From contig JAQGDQ010000001.1 of the NCBI GenBank assembly GCA_030141605.1, positions 124,001 to 188,000 on the forward strand: DNA of 64,000 nt, read 5' to 3'. How positions within the stretch are numbered: position 1 is the first letter of the stretch; every line of letters begins with the position of its first letter. Below are positions 1 through 12,129 of the stretch, piece after piece. The DNA is from Tubiluchus corallicola. Taxonomy: Eukaryota; Animalia; Priapulida. The position numbers were made by a program, and so were the translations under genes. The notes under the pieces are model-generated. The model saw nothing but the letters and a program-made list of their open reading frames with translations, did not search any database and was not told where the DNA came from.

Positions 1-865
1 AAAATTAGGCTGGCGAAGTGTACTACTATTTAAATACTTTTTGCACCATTTCTATCATGAACTGGCGAATTGTGCCCTGGCGAAACATTATGCAATCGCC
101 ACGCTACGGCTTTTTTTCGGTCACGGGTTAGCTTATACTTAATGGCGTCAACATGACAATATGTCCACAAGTCCATGTTCTGAAAGTAATTATTCATATA
201 AAAATCGCTAATCATCCAAACTGCCAAGAACAAGTAAAATATTACGTTTTGGCTATTTGACCCTGTTATAACCGATAATGTAATAGCAAAAAATTAACTG
301 ATAATGTAATAAAAAACTTAACGTATGATATGAAACGTCCAAAACGTATAATGTAATAACTAGCAAAATAGATGTTACTCGGTACAATTTATTGTACATT
401 GTAGAATAATTGTTGATTTTTTTGGAATATGAATATAAATACTTTTATACTGAAGACTTAGTGAGCATTAGCGTGCTCACTGGCATCACAGCCCTTCTCA
501 ACGCATTTTCATCAGCTCAATGAGTCAATGACGAATGAAGGTAAAGGTGACACTGGCAAAAATGACACAGAAAAAATGCAAAGTAAAAATGGTACGGAAA
601 AAGGGCACAAATAGAGAGTTGGGAAAATGGCGCATATCTAAAACTAAAATGCACTCAGTAGGAGACAGATACCCGCCAAAGCCGAACAATTCTGGGCAAT
701 ATCATGTTAGTCTGATTTCTTTGATAGAAAAAATAAAACAAAGATGAGCAGGCAAACATATAAACATATATAAACCACTAATTTTTGCTCAGGCTAGCAA
801 AAAAAACAACAAAATAATTTGTTCCTAAAACAGAATTATAATTTACCCTGCACGAATATTTAAGG

Positions 866-984
866 GAAGTGGTGCTGACAAGTCACTGGCGTAGCAGTGT
901 CTAGTTTTTTGCTGGATTACTGCTGCGTTTACCTGTCTGAAGGCAGATTTCTTTTATTTTAGAATTCTGCCTGCCCAATGTCTA
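866..984 (+). repeat. About 120-bp dispersed repeat; inverted copy at 12652-12771
   Basis: GAAGTGGTGCTGACAAG...AGAATTCTGCCTGCCCAATGTCTA matches the reverse complement of 12652-12771 with scattered substitutions. Confidence 0.9.
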
Positions 985-1442
985 CAATAGACGTGACGGG
1001 CGTATGATGATGATGATACATGCAAAAATAAATATGACAGCGAGCGAAATGGAATCAGGAACTAATTCGTAAAAATTTGTCCTGGCGGAGGTATTTATTA
1101 CCTTACTCTATATCTTACCTCTATCTTATGGCCAAGTTCTTCCTCTTTCCAAAAAGCTATAAGATTAAATAATTATTCCTAGGAGTACATAGGACTAAAT
1201 AACCCGAACTCATATTTTATTAAGTACCATTTTTCCTATTTTCCCATTTACAACTTTTTATTGTGCCATTTCTACCGTTCACCGACACATCCAATTATGG
1301 CTCACTTGCCCAACTAACCTCTTTGCTGCGTATGTTGTGATGATATTGTTTTTTTCCGTTTAGTTGTGTTTCTTCTCTTTGTTTTGTTGATTGTTAATAA
1401 TCAATTATTACTGATTCACTGACGTATCAAGTACTTAACCCA

Positions 1443-1540
<98 letters not shown>
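1443..1540. repeat. (ATT)n microsatellite
   Basis: Read directly from the sequence. Confidence 0.99.
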
Positions 1541-2560
1541 CTCTAGCCAAACAAGATTTCTGCCACTAAAATTTGTCTAGCAGTAATACAGAGATGTTAT
1601 AGTGGTGAAACATTGTGCGTAGGTAATAGTTGTGTTGTAGAGCAGCGGCTGGAAAAGTTAGAAAGAGTGAAATTTATAAGTTTCTGCAAGCCAAAAAACT
1701 CAAACAAACCTGTCACTGGATGAAATCTCTCCCAGCTTGGGAGACAACACGAATTGAACTTTTTCACTTTAACAAAAACCTTTCCGACCCTAGATAATTA
1801 GTTTCCCATTTTTTAAATTGAAGTTTTTGTACTGTTACAAGAGATTGCCAAATACTCTACAGCATAAAATGACATTAACTGTTGAAGTTGAACGTCCAGT
1901 ATTTGGCAGACCTCTTAATTACTATCACACTGTTTATCTGGGGTAATTAACTTTTATTGTTTAAACATATATTGCTTACATAAGTCTTTTAGATTGGTTA
2001 CGTATAAGTTTTATACTAAAGCAATGGAAATTATTTCATTGCAGGATAACTAAAAAAGATAACTTCACAAACACATTCGTACGCAAAATGGGAAATGCCA
2101 TTTTCTATTAGTGCTCAGCATTTTGGTTGTAGTATAACGATAACGTTTAATCTTTCGCGCGAAATCTTGATATAGTGCCCACATCTTTAAATGAAATAAC
2201 TGAGCCTATTTGCTACCAAACATGCACTCATTCTTTATGTTTTTTCTGGTTTGCCTATAGATTTTATATTGTAGGGAGTGTCGACCAGCACAAGTTTGTG
2301 AGATTGAGCTGCGTAGGCGTGGCTTAGCGTGCGCCGCGATCTGTCTATTGCATGAAGTGTCTCAATCTCGATTCTAGCTTATATCGTTTAATTACAAACT
2401 TAAGTCGAGTTTTTTCCAAGTACAAAAAAGTTACTTTTTTGCAAGATGAAACTTGCCTGGTTTAAAACCTCGATAAACAACCTTATTAGACTAATTAATT
2501 AGCCGGGAACATTGTAAATTAGTACATACTATGTGCTTGGCTAACTGCTAGTGTTACGTC

Positions 2561-2600
2561 TATAAAAAGGCAGGCTGAAAGACACAGGCGATCACAGTTA
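2561..2600 (+). promoter_or_regulatory. TATA box and Inr-like element of the TGF-beta gene
   Basis: TATAAAAAGG at 2561, 58 nt before the ATG. An Inr-like ACAGTT lies about 33 nt downstream of the TATA start. Confidence 0.6.
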
Positions 2601-2618
2601 CCTCACGTGCATCCAAAG

Positions 2619-5600
2619 ATGAAGCAGGTAAAGATTTTATTCTTCTCGGTCTTCGGTTGCCTAGTTCTAAAAAATTTTTTGGCTGTTCAGGGGAAGCCTG
2701 CAACTTTAGACCACAGCATGGAGGCATTACAGCAGTTGATGTTGGACAAACTTGGTCTTAAAGAAGTACCAAATATGCATGTACACGATCCACCCAATAA
2801 GTACATGGTTCAACTAACCAAAGCTTTGAATCGATACACTAGAGAGCGAACCCAGTTTCTTCCCAATGATGAGCAGACATCGATCACTAGTTATAAATCT
2901 CAAAACAGTAATTTGATTTTGATCTTAATTTTTTCATTAATTGGGTTTTTTAGTGGTTTCAGGCTACTTCCAACTACTATAACTTTTCTCCTTCAAGAGC
3001 GTTAGATTAATTTGTGTTTGTAGGCAGTTTGCTCCGATTTTTGGCAATTCTTTACTCGATAACTGCTTGTGATTTCCAAGAAAACTTCAAACAGAAAGTA
3101 ACGATTGATTTTGTGTTTTTAACTGCAATTTAATCTTATTGGCGGTACTATAGACCTTCCTACTTCAAAACATGAATTGATGTTCATAATATTATCACAT
3201 CAGTTTCACTCAAAGCTTCCATTCTTGAACAAGTTTAACTACGTAATGCTTATGCTTCTTGTAGCAATTTTTTAGTAAAACAATATTATTTTCTATTATT
3301 TTATTATTGTCTTTATAATTTCTACATTTAAGTTCTATGAACAAGTGCCAAAACAAACCTTGATTTCAAAGCGCGTCACAACAATACGTCATAACATATT
3401 TTAACCTATTTAATTTTAACCTCCAACACCAAAATTAATAAAATGATCTAGCAACGAAAAGAAAAATAAGATCTGATCGGATCAAACCTGCCTTCAAAGC
3501 TTGCGCGCCTAGGTATAAAAATTCAATTGTTAAATTTTTTCAATGTCTCCCTTTTCTGCACCATTGTTATACGTTATATGTGTATCTCGAATTTTTAATT
3601 GTTGTTTCCCAAATGAGGAAGTTTGTAATTAACGTGAAATGTTTATGCGTAATTGTGGATTTTATGTTTTTAATACACCAGGTTTACTAAAACGTTCTAG
3701 CCACAATTGCGCCAAATATCTAATTACCTATTTTTACTTTTTTCAGCATAAACAACATTCTACAATATGGACTGTTTTTGAGGCTATAACTGCAAATTGC
3801 TTAATCATGTAAATATCTAGCATAAGAACTACCATTACATAAACGTAAACAATGTCACAACCACAGAAAACGACAACGTAAGAAAACAAGACAAATTAAT
3901 AAATCATCGCTGAAAAAAGACTTACTAATAAATATTAATGACAAAATGCTATTACACGGACAAAGGAGTAGGTCTATAATTCCACTTTTTACATAAATGC
4001 GTACAGATTTTATGGAGCCAATAATCTAATGGATTTCTAATATAAAAGGTTGATTCCAGAAAAACTACCATTATTTTTTATATCATAATATTACAGAGAA
4101 CGCACGTTACAGGGAACAAATTTTCAACAAGCCTTTTATTTACTAAAAGTGTCAGTCTTTCATCCAGGGGTATTGTGAACATTCCGCAGCGCGAAGCGTA
4201 AGCCTATTTCATAATCAATTTGGTTATTATAAATCGATAATAAAAGATATAAAACTGAGAAGATTTGGACATTCTTAACACTTCGCTGTTAAGACCATTT
4301 CTCTTTACAAACAAATTAATGGGGACTTTCCTGGAATGGTTTAAATTACCTTGAACGAAACTTGACACAGCAAGTAAGCATGACGAAACATTCTCATGCG
4401 GGCTAAGGGCTTGGCCCTAGTCAAGGCATATTATTATGTCTTCTATATCCACGGACATAAGCGTTATAACGTACAAAATAATGTAAGAGAGAACTTATTG
4501 TACAATTTAAGTCAAAACAGAGGAGCTGGAGTGATGTCCTTGGAACTTGAACTGGGTGCACGACACCGTTGGAAGGGCAGTTATAGGGTAAAATTTGGTA
4601 AATTAAATCAGTTAAATCAGGGCAAGGAAATTACGCGTGAAATTTAACGCATTTTATTTTCAGAACGTATTACAAGTAATAATCTGATAAGAGTGAAAAA
4701 ACAATGCTTTGTTGAATACAAGATTAACTAACTGACTGACCAATTGATTAGTTCACTAACTTTTGTGTCAAAATAACGTTTTTAATGTAATTCTTACAAT
4801 CAGGAAGTTTGGCGCCTTGGAATTAGGAATAGGAATGGCAGAACCAATCTAATGTTTCAAGATCAGTATGTTGCTCATTGTCAAGAGATATTGATAGATT
4901 ATCTCCAAATTACATTTTTAATACAGTTTGGTGCTCTACAAGCTCCAGGATAGCGCATAATTAACAGGGCCTATTTTATGTGAGCGGTGCTGGCTATACT
5001 GGAACTACAGCTAACTATTAGCGATGAGATGAGGTGCTAATTGGTCGAGTTAAAATTGTTTAAGGGCCCGAAGTACGGACAGAAATGTGAAAATTAGGGC
5101 AAACTGCTCAGCGAGCAAACCGTATTGGACCAGGCTCTATGAAGTGAAAATTAGTCTCGAACACCGTGCACACTGGTTAGGCGCATTTGAGTGTAATAAT
5201 CTACAAGTATGGATATGAGAGAGCCACACTCGACCTTGTATAGTCAGGTATAAATAATATTACGGCGTTACGCCTTGTGGCTCGCGGGTTATGTTCTCAA
5301 TTCATTCAGTCTTGTTAGGTTGCCAAAATATATCTTCCAGTCATGATTTTTCCAAAATAATTTAGCTGCCATTTTGTTTTTTATATCTTTTTGCTTTGAT
5401 TTTTTGAGCAGACAAATAATAACAGTTTTTACGTCCAATCGAAACTTTTATGTTTGTACATTTCTGAGAAATCGTTAGAGCAAAATAAAATTACTGACCC
5501 TGATCAAGAGTGTGCCATCGGGTTAATTTTTCAAGTTATCAGACTGTGTTTTTAATAAAAAATCTGCAAAATGTTCATTTCTTTGTCTTCGAAGTTGTTT

Positions 5601-7770
5601 TTAATAAATTATATATACGCATATTCCCTCTCCCAGGAGCTCCCTGCACAAAAGTGGAATGTTAAAAGGCTACAGCAGCAATATAACCTAAGGAAGCGAA
5701 CCACCCATAAGCAATTTTCTAATAGTCACCCAGTCAATTATTATTGCTTATTAACCAAAGTTGGTAAGCTCAAAGTGATTACTCAACTGTTTCTATCACT
5801 TTTGGCTCGTCAATTACTTTTTTGGGGACTGACGTCACGTGATGTCCAAGTTGCTTTTTCATAAAACATGGCTTGAATTTGAGCTAAATTTTGATTTCGC
5901 TCCAGTGAAATTTGGTTTGTTCATTTGGACATCAGTGAGCCACTTGACTTATTAGACAACCTGTAAACTATAAACTAAACTGGCAAAAGATTTATTTTAG
6001 AGGCTGGCCCTGGCGTTTCGGTTCTCAAAATCTGTTTGTGAAAAAGTGATTTTTAAGTTATTATGCGTTTTATAATTTATATTTTGCTCCGAGTGCATAA
6101 CACAAGCGAAACATACATGGAAAGTAAAACAAATCACACAAGTAGTAATTATCGTAGCTTCTGGGTTTGCAAGGTTATTAAATAGGTGAAGTCGCACACG
6201 TAGCATATAAGCCTATATGTAGCTTTTGAGCGTGTATACTTCATTACTTGTTTCTTTTATATCTGAATTTCTAGCTGCGGAAGTTAAATTTCAAAAGTAG
6301 TGTAGATCTATAACACTGGTACGCTTCTACGTTTTACAAATCCCTTTTACTTTTTCTTTTTTCTTTTTTTTTGATAAAATAATTGTTTCATTCTTGTTAA
6401 CTCTAGCTTTGACTTTATTCGTTTTTTTTTATCAGTTGCAGTTTTTACCTTTGACTTTTTAATCGTTTCTCAGTTTACATTTCTTTTTCAGTTCTCTTTT
6501 TTAATTTTTGGTTTATTGCACTTTCTTTTTTATGTATTTAACTTTTTTGCACTTTGTCCTTTTTACCTATTGTGCTTTTATACTGTCTTTTCTAGCTTTG
6601 TTTTGCTTATCTTTACGTTCCTTTTTTCCATTTCTTTTTTACTTTTTCTTTAGTGCTTGCTACCGTTTTGGCTTTGTATATAATGTACTTTTGTTGTACT
6701 TTATCAGCAATTTCAAGAAGCTGTTTCCAATTGTTTAATCCTGGTAAACCGCTCACACAGTCATAAATTATTAGCTTGTATATACCAGACAGTTTAATCT
6801 TTGCCTTTCAATGGTTTTGTAAATGCCTATTGATATTGAGGGTACTAAAAATGCACATGTCTCTTATTCACTTATAGGTCAAATTCACTTATAGACCAAA
6901 TTCTTCTGAACTAAGTCGTCTGCTTGCATATATCACACTAAAATTAAAACTCATCTAATACTTGCGTTTATACCTTGATTAAAATCGCTTCTATCTTTGC
7001 AGGAAATGATTCACATAGAAAATTGAAATTTTCTATTCCCATTGATGGCCATTTACTAGCAAAGCTTGGTGGTACAGAGTTGGTGCTGTCGGTGCCATCG
7101 TCAGAAACGACACAAAAAATGTTTGAGATCAACATCAATGGCCGCTCGGTTTATGTAGTAGCTGACCGAAAAGATGAAAACTTCCTCGTGTTTTTATTGA
7201 CCAGCGCTATCAAAAGGCTAGTTGAAACACAAACCGAAACATATCAGCTGCAGTTGACAATCAAACTGAAACACGTGAACCACGAGATGTATACTAAACC
7301 CTCTAGTGGCAGCAACAGCACATGGTGCAAACCAATACTGGTGATTTATTCGAACGTCAGACCTCAAGACATTGCAGACTTCTACTTGAGTTCGACTGAG
7401 GACGATGAGTCAATGTCCCATAAAGTCACAAAGAGACAAAGTGTGTGCACTGCACTCATGGATAGTACGCTTTGCTGATATTGGCTGGGATTTCATCATA
7501 GAACCAACTTCTGTAGAAGCCAATTTCTGCCAGGGCGGTTGTCTCTCTGAGAAAATACATAATGATCCTTATTTCAACACTACCACTAACGCATTTTTTC
7601 GCACCCTGTACAGAAGTCGACAGGGTGACGCAGCAGCCAGATTCTTGCCCAGACCAACATGTGGCGTGTCGAGTTATAGCTCAGCATCTGTCCTGTACTT
7701 TGATTATGATAGTAATCTAAAAGTTCAGATGGTGATGAAAGCCTTAGCTAGAAGTTGTGGGTGTCTTTAA
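2619..7770 (+). CDS. Divergent TGF-beta superfamily ligand (BMP/GDF class), 2 exons, with one frameshift at about 7437-7447
   Basis: Exon 1 2619-2907 encodes a signal peptide (MKQVKILFFSVFGCLVLKNFLAVQG) and a prodomain helix (LQQLMLDKLGLKEVP...PNKYMVQL); phase-1 donor gtaatt at 2908. Acceptor tttgcag precedes exon 2 at 7003 in matching phase. The prodomain ends KPILVIYS...HKVTKR (7436). The cystine-knot domain follows in the +1 frame. Repaired length is about 351-352 aa. Confidence 0.9.
7441..7770 (+). CDS. TGF-beta mature (cystine-knot) domain, out of frame with the prodomain
   Basis: Reads VCALHSWIVRFADIGWDFIIEP...NFCQGGC...PRPTCG...SVLYFDYDSN...RSCGCL*. Contains CxGxC, CxC and F.DIGW..II.P motifs; SVLYFD resembles BMP5-8. 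No internal stops. Confidence 0.92.
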   Translation: MCALHSWIVRFADIGWDFIIEPTSVEANFCQGGCLSEKIHNDPYFNTTTNAFFRTLYRSRQGDAAARFLPRPTCGVSSYSSASVLYFDYDSNLKVQMVMKALARSCGCL

Positions 7771-9765
7771 CGTAACTTTAATATCTAAATTCAGATTGAC
7801 CGTTGGTCACAATGAGTGACTAAATGTCAATCACTATCGTTTTTGAAGGGAATTAGTGGATCGAATGATTTGATTATCAGCATTTATGTTCTCAGATTAA
7901 TGACTAACGATCTCTTGTACATCTTACATATTACATAATATCCGGTGTCCATTTTGGTGGAACGATCGTGGAAAATGTACAGTGGGCGAGTGTTAGTAGT
8001 ATGAAAGTTTTCAAAGTGACTCTGTGGCAAAACATGCAAAAAAACGATAAACCCGGCACTATCTGGTGATATAAACCTGAAATTAATTTATTCAGTATAA
8101 AAAGTGATTCTAAACAACAATGCAGAAGAACAAGATAACAGGTGAAAATTGGAAATTCCAGCAGTTTAACAAAAATATGACATGTGCCTTAGATTCCTCT
8201 AATTTATAGCAAAGGCCTTAGATTATTGCGTTAATTTAGTACAAGAGAAAGACAATATAATCTAATTAGAAAAACATACAATTTGGTGACTAGAATGGCA
8301 TCTCGGATAACAAAAAACAAAAACACGTGTAAGTATTATAAGTATGAACAGGTAAAACCTGTCAAGAAAATCAGGTGACTATGCCTAAACGTGGCTTCTG
8401 ATTGGCTGCAATATAACAAAGTTAAAAAGCTAAACTAAAAAGACTTCGAGAATGTTCACTAGGAAGCAGCACCTACAGATTCAAACTTGGTTGGATATTT
8501 TTGGTTATAAAGTTATTTATCTTAAACATTGTTGTTTAGGGTCTCTCATTGGGAATCTAATAGGCCTTACTGGGATCGTTAAGCTGCAGGGAAAAGCAAG
8601 AAAAGGCTGTTACCGTTAACAGTCTTTATCAAAGCAGCCGATGCTTTGTGGTTTCAAGTTGTCAGGTAATTATGAAACGTTCGTCAAATGAGCCGAAGGT
8701 GTTGTTCAGTTGAGGACACACCTTCTGGACAAAAGACAATATTTTCAGTGTCTACTCGATGGACAGCAGTGATCAACATTTTGTCAGATCACAAATTTTG
8801 GCAATTATATATACACTCATATCTCGGTTTGCCGAACCTTACTTTTATGGATAACGGAAGAACCGGACAAAATCTGGAACGTTAAAAAGTCTCGCGTACT
8901 ACGGACACAGCCGTTGTTTCGCGAGCAGACTGCTACTTAGCGTACCGTCACGTGTTCGTGAAAATGGGCTTGCACTGTACTGAGCCACTAAATAAAACCT
9001 AGTTGAAGGTTGTAAGTCTTTATTCTTGATGTACTCAGTACGATTTTACAAAGTTGTGAAAGCCAATTTACAACATTTTTTTACTGATATGTCCGGGCAA
9101 ACTCTGTGAGGTACCTCATGAGTATTTTCAATGATCTCATTGATCTGGTTCAATCATTTCTAAAACCAACTCCCAGCAGTTAAAGATCTCATGCCTGTCA
9201 GGGCGTTGTTGTTACAATTGTTGCCAAACACTGTTGTTACAATTCTAAGTAATTTATTTATTCATAAGTGCATTTTAGTGCTGCCATAAATGGCCCTATG
9301 TACCCAGTTTCAATTCTTACAATCAAAATAATAACTAAAGTCAAATTGTTAGAGATTCTCCAAGATTATCACTTTTACATGTATCCTATGCTACCAGTAA
9401 TGAGAAATTTATTAGTCATTGTTGCATATATTTGTTGTGCAAGACACATAAGACGCTATAAAAAAATTTCTAATATAATCACTTAAGAATTCCTTTTTAG
9501 CGTAGTCATGCGATCGTACCTTGTGAAGGTTTAGAAAATACTCGACGCATCTTTGTATCTGTATTTTCATTAATTTACTAAGGCAGTGCTGAACAAATAA
9601 AAATGCAACAAGAATTATATCTGAGTCCTGAGATGTACGGCATTGCCTATACGCGATTGAGACTCCAGGCGCACTATTTGTACGTTGAAATGATAGATGG
9701 CGTAACGTAGATAGAAGACAGAGACTCTGTAATTGTGGAGAAATCCAAACTGAAAAGCACGTTTT

Positions 9766-9800
9766 GATAGATTAGATTAGATTAGATTAGATTAAATTTA
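9766..9800. repeat. (ATTAG)n, probably a minus-strand LINE tail
   Basis: Pentamer run next to TTTATT (AATAAA on the minus strand). Confidence 0.8.
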
Positions 9801-11259
9801 TTCGACTCATTAAAATTTTTGCATAGTAATAACATACAATATTTCTTTAAGATGATAAGTGCTACATTGAGACGGGGTGGCGAAAGACCAAGAGGTCACC
9901 TAAAAACCACCCCTATTTTTACGACATTAATATTTATTTAGAGTTAACCGAGTGACACTGTTACCAGCTTGTTGCGAGACATATTTAATAATTATATATA
10001 TTATAAATTTATAATAAAAATTGTGTTAGTAATTAAAGTAAAATATGTATTTGTTATTAATATCTAATTTGCTTAAAACCTTTTGTTAGTGTATGCAAAA
10101 TAACAGATAAACTAAAGTGAAAATGCCCTAAACAATTATAACAGCATAACACAGTAGCACAAGACTTTAATAGTTGACAAACATATAATTCAAATAGGTC
10201 AAAAAAATCAATCGGTCACAGTTTCACAACATTGGTAACATTTACAACAATTGCGTAATAATCATAACGTATTAGAATAAGGATGTAGTAAGGAGTTATG
10301 CCAAATGTAGTGGTGCATTATATCCAATTGCTTTATAAATTATAAGTTTGCAGATTATAATGCAATCATATATTAGTAAAGCATGGCATATTTACCGGTT
10401 ATAGCTAATATTAATTAATCTTGCATATTAGCGGACAAAGCGATTATAGCTGTATTAATTGCTGGCCTGACACAGCATCGAGCATGATATATTAGCTCAT
10501 GCATATGTATAATATGTTTTACCTTGAACACCAGAATTATCAGATGTCTTGCTCCATTGCACTGCTATTAATTTTAATTTTGTTGTAACTTTCAAGCCTA
10601 TTGGACTATCATTTAACTGATGAAACCAGAAGTAGACTTTACATCCTTAACGCCAATTATGAATTCCAATTTGTATTTGAAATCTGTTTTAACATTTTAA
10701 GAGCTTCTTTATGAATAAGGAAACACACTAATTTTTGCAAGTATCATAATGAAGTGTTACAATTCTGCAAAAATTCTGTAAGCTCATTTATATTGTCCCT
10801 GTCTACATGGCTGAATCATCTTCTAGTTTCAGCTCAGTCATAATCATATCTTCATATCCTTCTTCACTGACACTGAATGAAAATTTGTCTCTGTGAACTT
10901 TTTTAACTTTGTATAATGTTGCTGTTTTCTGAAAAGGAGAAAATTTTGGAGTATGAAATGTTTCAGTTCTGTAAAAGATTGTAAATATTAATTTTATGGT
11001 CAGTAAATCGCTACTACAACTACAGGTAACGAGAAACGCATTATTGCTAGTAAGTGGCTTATAAACTGATGCATGTTAACGTTTACGAATTTTGGGCATC
11101 TATAAAAAAGGAAACCAATTCAAAATTCCTTTTCCCACGAGTTGGGGAGGGAAATGGGGAAAAATTATTTGTTCAATGTGGTTTAAACATAAAAATTCGT
11201 TAAATTCGGATGACGATAGGGGGTAAACGATACATTCTTAGCCAGGGTATAATATCAAT

Positions 11260-11650
11260 TAATGCATTTACAATTTTTAAAGTACAAGAGGCAGTTTGTG
11301 AACTTGCCTTTCTTAAGTCAGCTGGTCCAGACGGCCTTAAAAGTGAACATTTCCGTAATGCATCACATTTGCTGTCAATAATGTTGGTACTTTTATCGAC
11401 CCATTTTGTAACACATCGTTACCGCCGCAATCGTTTGTTGTTAAAGAAAAAAAAATAATGTGGATGTTACAAACAAAAACAATTAAAGATGCTCTTTCGT
11501 CTGTAGGAAGCAAAGTTAATGAATTACTGATTTTGAATCAGTATAGTTCCTGTTTGCAGCCACGACAGCTTTGCTGAGTAAATTTCAAATTTACTAACAA
11601 ATATGATATTATTGTAAATATGAATAAGACTAAACTTATCACGTTTCGCT
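11260..11650 (+). mobile_element. Non-LTR retrotransposon reverse-transcriptase fragment (degenerate)
   Basis: LKSAGPDGLKSEHFRNASHLL (K(S/A)xGPDG motif), then NKYDIIVNMNKTKLI. Frameshifted and internally deleted. Confidence 0.65.
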
Positions 11651-12129
11651 CTACTTAGATGCAGCAGTTTACTTTTGGAGTAGCTGATTAAGGTTTACGT
11701 AGTGTATTACGATATTATTATCCAAGGTAGTGAGCAACACTTCGCGCTTCATGAAGAGAATGTCGCAATAGAGAATCCACCGAGAAAATTCTCCAGCCAC
11801 CGGTAACGTACTCAGCTATTGGAATGTCTAACCTGATTTTTTGACTTCAACACCTTTGCTATTTTTTGTCTTTGCTAAAATAACGAGAAATTCAGAAATT
11901 GGACCTTCAAACCCGGCCACGTTTCGTATCGAGATTTACCTAATAATACTTCCCTTAATAAATGCTGTCATGTTTGCATAGCTTTTTCGGAATTAGAAAG
12001 ATAATCCTAGCATATAGCTCATTAAATTACTTTCACTATTATTATTCATTTTTCATACCCAGTACTAAAAAGTCGGTCAACTATTAAACTTTTAATTTTC
12101 AAAAAATTTATACGTGAACTCAGTATCCA

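Noticed and set aside
2310-2346. Smad/BMP autoregulatory element (GCGCCG...GTCT) in the TGF-beta promoter
   Set aside because: Does not fit the GRCGNC-N5-GTCT spacing; too weak to call.
6330-6740. Hydrophobic 76-aa ORF (6508-6738) in the TGF-beta intron
   Set aside because: Product of a T-rich low-complexity tract with a TTG start.
7431-7450. A micro-intron or alternative acceptor (AAAG|TG at 7442) repairing the TGF-beta frame
   Set aside because: There is no room for an intron between KR and the first Cys. The AG lacks a pyrimidine tract, and using it would delete the cleavage site.
8530-9075. Possible solo LTR (TGTTGT...ACAACA, with AATAAA)
   Set aside because: No matching target-site duplication and no second copy in the window.
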